The position numbers were made by a program, and so were the translations under genes. From Solibacillus sp. (GTDB taxonomy: Bacteria; Bacillota; Bacilli; Bacillales_A; Planococcaceae), in NCBI GenBank assembly GCA_040274725.1, contig JBEMAQ010000012.1:18655-82654 (forward strand): DNA of 64,000 nt. The letters run 5' to 3'. Positions 62,586 to 64,000 of this stretch are shown one piece after another. Position 1 is the stretch's first letter. Each line of letters starts with the position of its first letter. A model generated the notes under the pieces. That model was not told the origin of the DNA and searched no databases. It was given only the letters and a program-made list of their open reading frames with translations.

Positions 62586-64000
62586 TTGTCGAACTTACTT
62601 TTAGAAAAATTAACGGATTTTATTGTCGGTACGCATTATGAGGACATTCCACAAAAGCTAATAGACTTAACAAAGTTAGCAATTATCGACACAGTGGGTG
62701 TGACCATTGCAGGTTGGAATGAGCCAGCTGTAGAGGGTGTAAAAAAGGTTTATTTGCACAGTGGTAGTCCATTTGGTAGTAGCTCGTTATGGGGACAACG
62801 CTTAAAAGTACCCGTTGAAACGGCTGCACTGATTAATGGCACAGCTTCACATGTTTTAGATTTTGATGATGCGGCACCAAGTGTTATTATTCATCCAAGT
62901 GCACCAGTTTTATCGGCGGCGATTCCTGTAGCAGAACAATTAAATAAATCCGGTAAAGATGTGATTACCGCGTATGTTATCGGGACAGAAGTGATGCTTC
63001 AACTCGGGAAAATAGTCGATTTAAAACATTATCAACTCGGTTGGCATTCGACCGCGACACTCGGCACGATTGGTGCAGTGGCTGCATGTAGTTATTTATA
63101 TGATTTGACGAAAGAGCAAGCCAAGCATGCAATTGCGATTGCTTGTTCGATGGCTGGCGGATTGCAAAAAAACTTTGGCACCATGACAAAATCCTTTCAC
63201 GTAGGACTAGCGGCTTCACAAGGTGTGCAAGCGGCAGCTCTTGCGAAAAATGGATTTACCGGTAATCACGATATTTTTGGGACACGTGGATTTTTACATG
63301 CTTTCAATGGTGGTGACAATGTAGAAACACTAGTTGAAAAAGCAACATTCGGTAAAAATTACGAATTACTTAAAACAGGGCTTACAGTAAAAAAATTCCC
63401 ATGTTGCTATGCGACACATCGCTTTATTCATGGTGTGCTAGCGTTAATAACCGTACATCATTTACAATTGGAGGATATTCAAGAGATAACGTTAGTAGCG
63501 CCTCCAGGTGGATTGATGCCTTTAGTCTCAACAAATCCGCTAACAGGATTGGAAGGGAAATTTAGCGCGGCATATACAGCGTTAACAGCGCTAAAAGATG
63601 GCTATGTGAAGTTAAGTAGCTTTGAAAATGAACAAGTACTAAGACCGGAAATTCAGGGGAAAATGGCGACTGTAGATGTTCGTCAAATGCCCGGTGTAAC
63701 AAAAACAAGTCAAGAGATTGAAGAAATCCCTGTAGAAATTACAATCAAAACAATAGCTGGTAACGTGTATGAAAAAAATGTGCTCCATGCACCAGGGTCT
63801 CAAAATAGTCCATTAACAGATAAAGAGATGCGTGATAAATGGCAAGATTGCTTAAGTCAGTATAATAAAGCTACAAATAATCGTACGGAACGTTTAGTTG
63901 AAAATTGTAACATCTATTACGATGAGGCTTTACAAATCGAAACAATCGATAATTTCGGCGATTGGTTAGCTAACATGCAAGTAAATTTTGAGCAGTTAAT
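62586..64000 (+). CDS. MmgE/PrpD-family protein (runs past the window end)
   Basis: TTG 62586 follows aaagggga. The frame is open to nt 64000, so it is absent from the stop-bounded track. Motifs DTVGVTIAGW, NGTASHVLDFDD, GWHSTATLG, MTKSFHVG. Confidence 0.8.
   Translation, partial: MSNLLLEKLTDFIVGTHYEDIPQKLIDLTKLAIIDTVGVTIAGWNEPAVEGVKKVYLHSGSPFGSSSLWGQRLKVPVETAALINGTASHVLDFDDAAPSVIIHPSAPVLSAAIPVAEQLNKSGKDVITAYVIGTEVMLQLGKIVDLKHYQLGWHSTATLGTIGAVAACSYLYDLTKEQAKHAIAIACSMAGGLQKNFGTMTKSFHVGLAASQGVQAAALAKNGFTGNHDIFGTRGFLHAFNGGDNVETLVEKATFGKNYELLKTGLTVKKFPCCYATHRFIHGVLALITVHHLQLEDIQEITLVAPPGGLMPLVSTNPLTGLEGKFSAAYTALTALKDGYVKLSSFENEQVLRPEIQGKMATVDVRQMPGVTKTSQEIEEIPVEITIKTIAGNVYEKNVLHAPGSQNSPLTDKEMRDKWQDCLSQYNKATNNRTERLVENCNIYYDEALQIETIDNFGDWLANMQVNFEQL

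Overview
Chromosomal window from a low-GC Gram-positive organism. It is Bacillaceae-like; Lysinibacillus-like is only my guess, based on the ddh gene, GGAGG-type ribosome binding sites and gene content. I found no rRNA, tRNA or CRISPR array. All product calls rest on motifs I recognise by eye, because no database search was possible. The window splits into four parts by eye. (1) nt 1-12,000 is core-like DNA: partial ddh, DUF218, FAH-family hydrolase, yhdT-like/panF, a tight 4-gene operon (GTP cyclohydrolase II, RibD, FAD monooxygenase, HAD phosphatase), small BRCT-only and GIY-YIG-only proteins, and SDR plus GNAT genes. (2) nt 12,000-17,100 is a visibly AT-richer islet. It holds three copies of a roughly 110-bp hairpin-plus-box repeat between minus-strand gene cassettes, an IS3/IS150 remnant, a MarR plus polytopic membrane protein pair, an Asn-rich tandem-repeat ORF and two tiny hydrophobic ORFs. 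The islet ends exactly where an EAL phosphodiesterase gene loses its N-terminus. (3) nt 17,100-35,400 is core-like again: EamA transporter, hydrolase, lipoprotein, SDR, YczE-like protein, soluble MCP, TetR plus RND pump, MFS transporter, and a second DUF218 gene. It ends with a translationally chained NosL-NosD-NosL-NosY-NosF-thioredoxin cluster with no nosZ in the window. (4) From an ISL3-family element at 35,448-36,988 to the window end lies a lower-GC mosaic catabolic island. It carries a V4R/PucR regulator with an HsaD/A/C/B-like two-component hydroxylase and meta-cleavage module followed by a decayed hydratase pseudogene. It also carries a BVMO-SDR-esterase module with a LuxR regulator, debris of four further IS families, and two LysR-controlled acyl-CoA modules (TPP enzyme, CoA-transferase, HMG-CoA-lyase-like, enoyl-CoA hydratase, permease; then ALDH, acyl-CoA dehydrogenase, MmgE/PrpD). 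My best candidates for undescribed biology are the orphan Nos-accessory-like cluster, the riboswitch-less rib-like operon, the cassette-like repeats with the Asn-rich repeat protein, and the CoA-dependent modules at the right end.
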